DNA of 63,606 nt, the filler included, from Octopus bimaculoides (taxonomy: Eukaryota): the NCBI RefSeq assembly GCF_001194135.2. It is 6 parts of 6 records of this genome, joined end to end, with 100 filler letters (N's around TTAATTAATTAA, not from the genome) between each part and the next. Parts side by side here need not be neighbours in the genome. Positions count along the whole stretch, not along the records: positions 57,544 to 62,428 come from NC_068986.1; positions 62,529 to 63,606 come from NW_026385051.1; 4 more parts are not named here. One strand, written 5' to 3'. The translations under genes were made by a program, and so were the position numbers. The notes beneath the pieces are model-generated. The model was not told where the DNA came from. It was given only the letters and a program-made list of their open reading frames with translations, and did not search any database. Below are positions 61,686-63,606 of the stretch, one piece after another. Numbering within the stretch: the stretch's first letter is position 1; every line of letters begins with the position of its first letter.

Positions 61686-61908
61686 CAAGCAAGGCACTTT
61701 ATTTCACGTTACTCTAGTCTACTCAGCTGGCAAAAATGAGTAGGCCTTGTCACATTCTGTGTCACGCTGAATCTTCCTGTGAACTACGTTTTGTGGTACA
61801 CGCACACATCTGTAGAGTGCTCAGCCACTTGGACGTTAATTTCACCAGCAGGCTGTTCCGTTGATCGTATTAACTGGAACCCTCGTCGTCGTAACCGACG
61901 GAGTGCTC
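61686..61908 (+). mobile_element. SINE family B, 5'-truncated
   Basis: CACTTTATTTCACG...CTCAGCTGGCAAAAATGAGTA...GAGTGCTCAGCCACTTG...CGTCGTAACCGACGGAGTGCT, as at 8790-9028. Confidence 0.8.
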
Positions 61909-62428
61909 AGGTGGATGTCGGTATGCACATACCTGTACGTATATATGCATATACTCATTTACTGTTTGTTTTTACATGACCGAACGCAGCGTCACCAATT
62001 TGTAAGTAGTTATCGTAACTTTATATTTTCCGACGCTACTCTATCTCTTTCTCTTTCTCTTCCTCTTCCTCTATCATTTTTTCTCCCTGTCGTTCTTCCT
62101 CTTTACTACTACGTATCTCGCTTTACCCCTCTCGTTCTTCCTCTGTTACTACTACGTATCTCTTTTCCCCCCCTCGTACTTCCTCTCTTTCTCTTTTCCT
62201 CTCGTTGCTCACCTATTCTTCTACTTCCTCCCTTTGTTTCTCCCTCTACCACTCTATCTCTTCCCCTTACACCGGCATGCTCACATGCTTCCTGTCAATA
62301 ATCCTTTTCTTCCTTGGCTATCGCCGAGCAAACACGCGAACTTACTTCGTCCCTACTTTCAAGTTCGTGCCTCATAGCGTTCATACACACATAATTTTTC
62401 CCGTCTGGCCGTAAAGCCTTTTCTGTTT

Positions 62429-62528
62429 NNNNNNNNNNNNNNNNNNNNNNNNNNNNNNNNNNNNNNNNNNNNTTAATTAATTAANNNNNNNNNNNNNNNN
62501 NNNNNNNNNNNNNNNNNNNNNNNNNNNN
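62429..62528. other. Artificial 100-bp join spacer
   Basis: 44N-TTAATTAATTAA-44N. Confidence 0.95.
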
Positions 62529-62687
62529 GATAATCTAGGACATTACATACAATGGGCATGTGATTTATGTAGGGAGATACTTTGGCAGAAGTTAGAGAGT
62601 AAGTCAAAAACTGAGAGCTTTGTGTATTGGCACTTATCAAACACGAATTTGTCCATTGTCACTCTGTAACTTCTGACGAAATAACTT

Positions 62688-63150
62688 CTAAAATACAAAA
62701 TTTTGTCAAAAAGGTTAAGAGTAAACCCTGTTCTATGTGACACATTCTACCAGTATTGGAAGTTTGAAAGTGTTTAGTTAAAATGAAATTAATTAAATAA
62801 TCTGTATGTTTAATTGAATAGATCAGAAATGGATGAAAGGCAAAGTTGACCTCAGCAGAATTTGAACTCAGAATGTAAAAACAGACGAAATATCGCTTTT
62901 AAAATACAAAATTTTATCAAAAACATTAAGAATAAACCCTGTTTTATGTGACATATTCTACCAGTATCAGAAATTTGAAAGTGTTTAGTTTGAAAGTGTT
63001 TAGTTAACGTTTAGTTAAAAAAAATTAATTAAATAATCTGTACGTCAAAGTCCACCTCGGCGAAATTTGAACCCAAAAATGTAAAGACAGACAAAATACC
63101 ATTAAGCATTTCGCCTGGCACACAAACGTTTCTGCCAGCTCGCCACCTTA
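62688..63150. repeat. Tandem duplication of about 210 bp, each unit ending in a minus-strand SINE C fragment
   Basis: AAAATACAAAATTTT.TCAAAAA...TTCTACCAGTAT...TTAATTAAATAATCTGTA.GT at 62688-62810 and 62900-63043; SINE C pieces at ~62825-62897 and ~63045-63150. Confidence 0.8.
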
Positions 63151-63606
63151 GAAACTAAATATTCATTTTAGAAATATATTGTTTATTCTTATTGCATAAG
63201 CGTAACTCCCTTACATCCTTACATGAAATTTCACAACATTTTACCTTATAACTCTTTTTCTACTAATTTTTGTTCAATGCGACTAGCGATTCTGAATTTC
63301 TCATGCATTTTTCTATCATTTAAGCCTAAGAAAGTTATACTTTTAATTCTAAATTAAAATATTTATGTTAATTGAAGATGAATATCTGCCTTACTGTCCC
63401 CTTGAGGTCGCAGATATTTTGATGTAACTTTTTTTCTACAGAACTAAATCTCAAACTATTTATGCCAAAGTGTAGCTGAGAAGGTATTCCCTTTAAAACT
63501 ATTAACAGTTTGCAATTTAGTTGAGAACTGAATTAGTGGTGAAGTTTGGAAGGTGCTGCAATTGACGAACTGGTGGACTTAAGAATATATTCAACCACGG
63601 TAGTGG

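Noticed and set aside
1-63606. CRISPR array, prokaryotic operon or terminators
   Set aside because: No regularly spaced repeat-spacer units and no gene-dense coding; the sequence is eukaryotic repeat DNA.

Overview
AT-rich, microsatellite-saturated eukaryotic DNA with many N-gaps. The tRNA-headed SINE families and repeat load resemble an octopod cephalopod; this taxon call is inference from pattern recognition, not a search. I recognise no intact host gene, tRNA, rRNA or CRISPR array, and nearly all ORFs in the supplied track are artefacts of N-runs or simple repeats. The window is not one continuous locus. Five identical 100-bp spacers (44 N + TTAATTAATTAA + 44 N, a six-frame stop linker) split it into six pieces: 1-21085, 21186-46750, 46851-55412, 55513-57443, 57544-62428 and 62529-63606. 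The interpretable content is transposon debris: (i) Penelope-like elements (PLEs) of several lineages, including Neptune-like RT+GIY-YIG at 22.5-23.7 kb and Naiad-like RT+GIY-YIG at 40.7-42.8 kb, plus terminal fragments carrying minimal type I hammerhead motifs; (ii) R4/Dong-type RLE LINEs sitting in (TAA)n arrays; (iii) a CR1-type RT fragment; (iv) decayed mariner and Tc1 transposases and MITEs; (v) about 20 SINE copies from at least three tRNA-headed families. The most testable signals are a fully foldable minimal hammerhead at 55754-55802, a hammerhead family with an unusual core (U at position 6), an inverted PLE terminus fused to a 5'-truncation point, a Dong copy lacking both catalytic cores, and two SINEs sharing a head but with different tails. 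A few short splice-flanked open frames could be host exons but are unassigned. I found no evidence for a wholly new multi-gene system.
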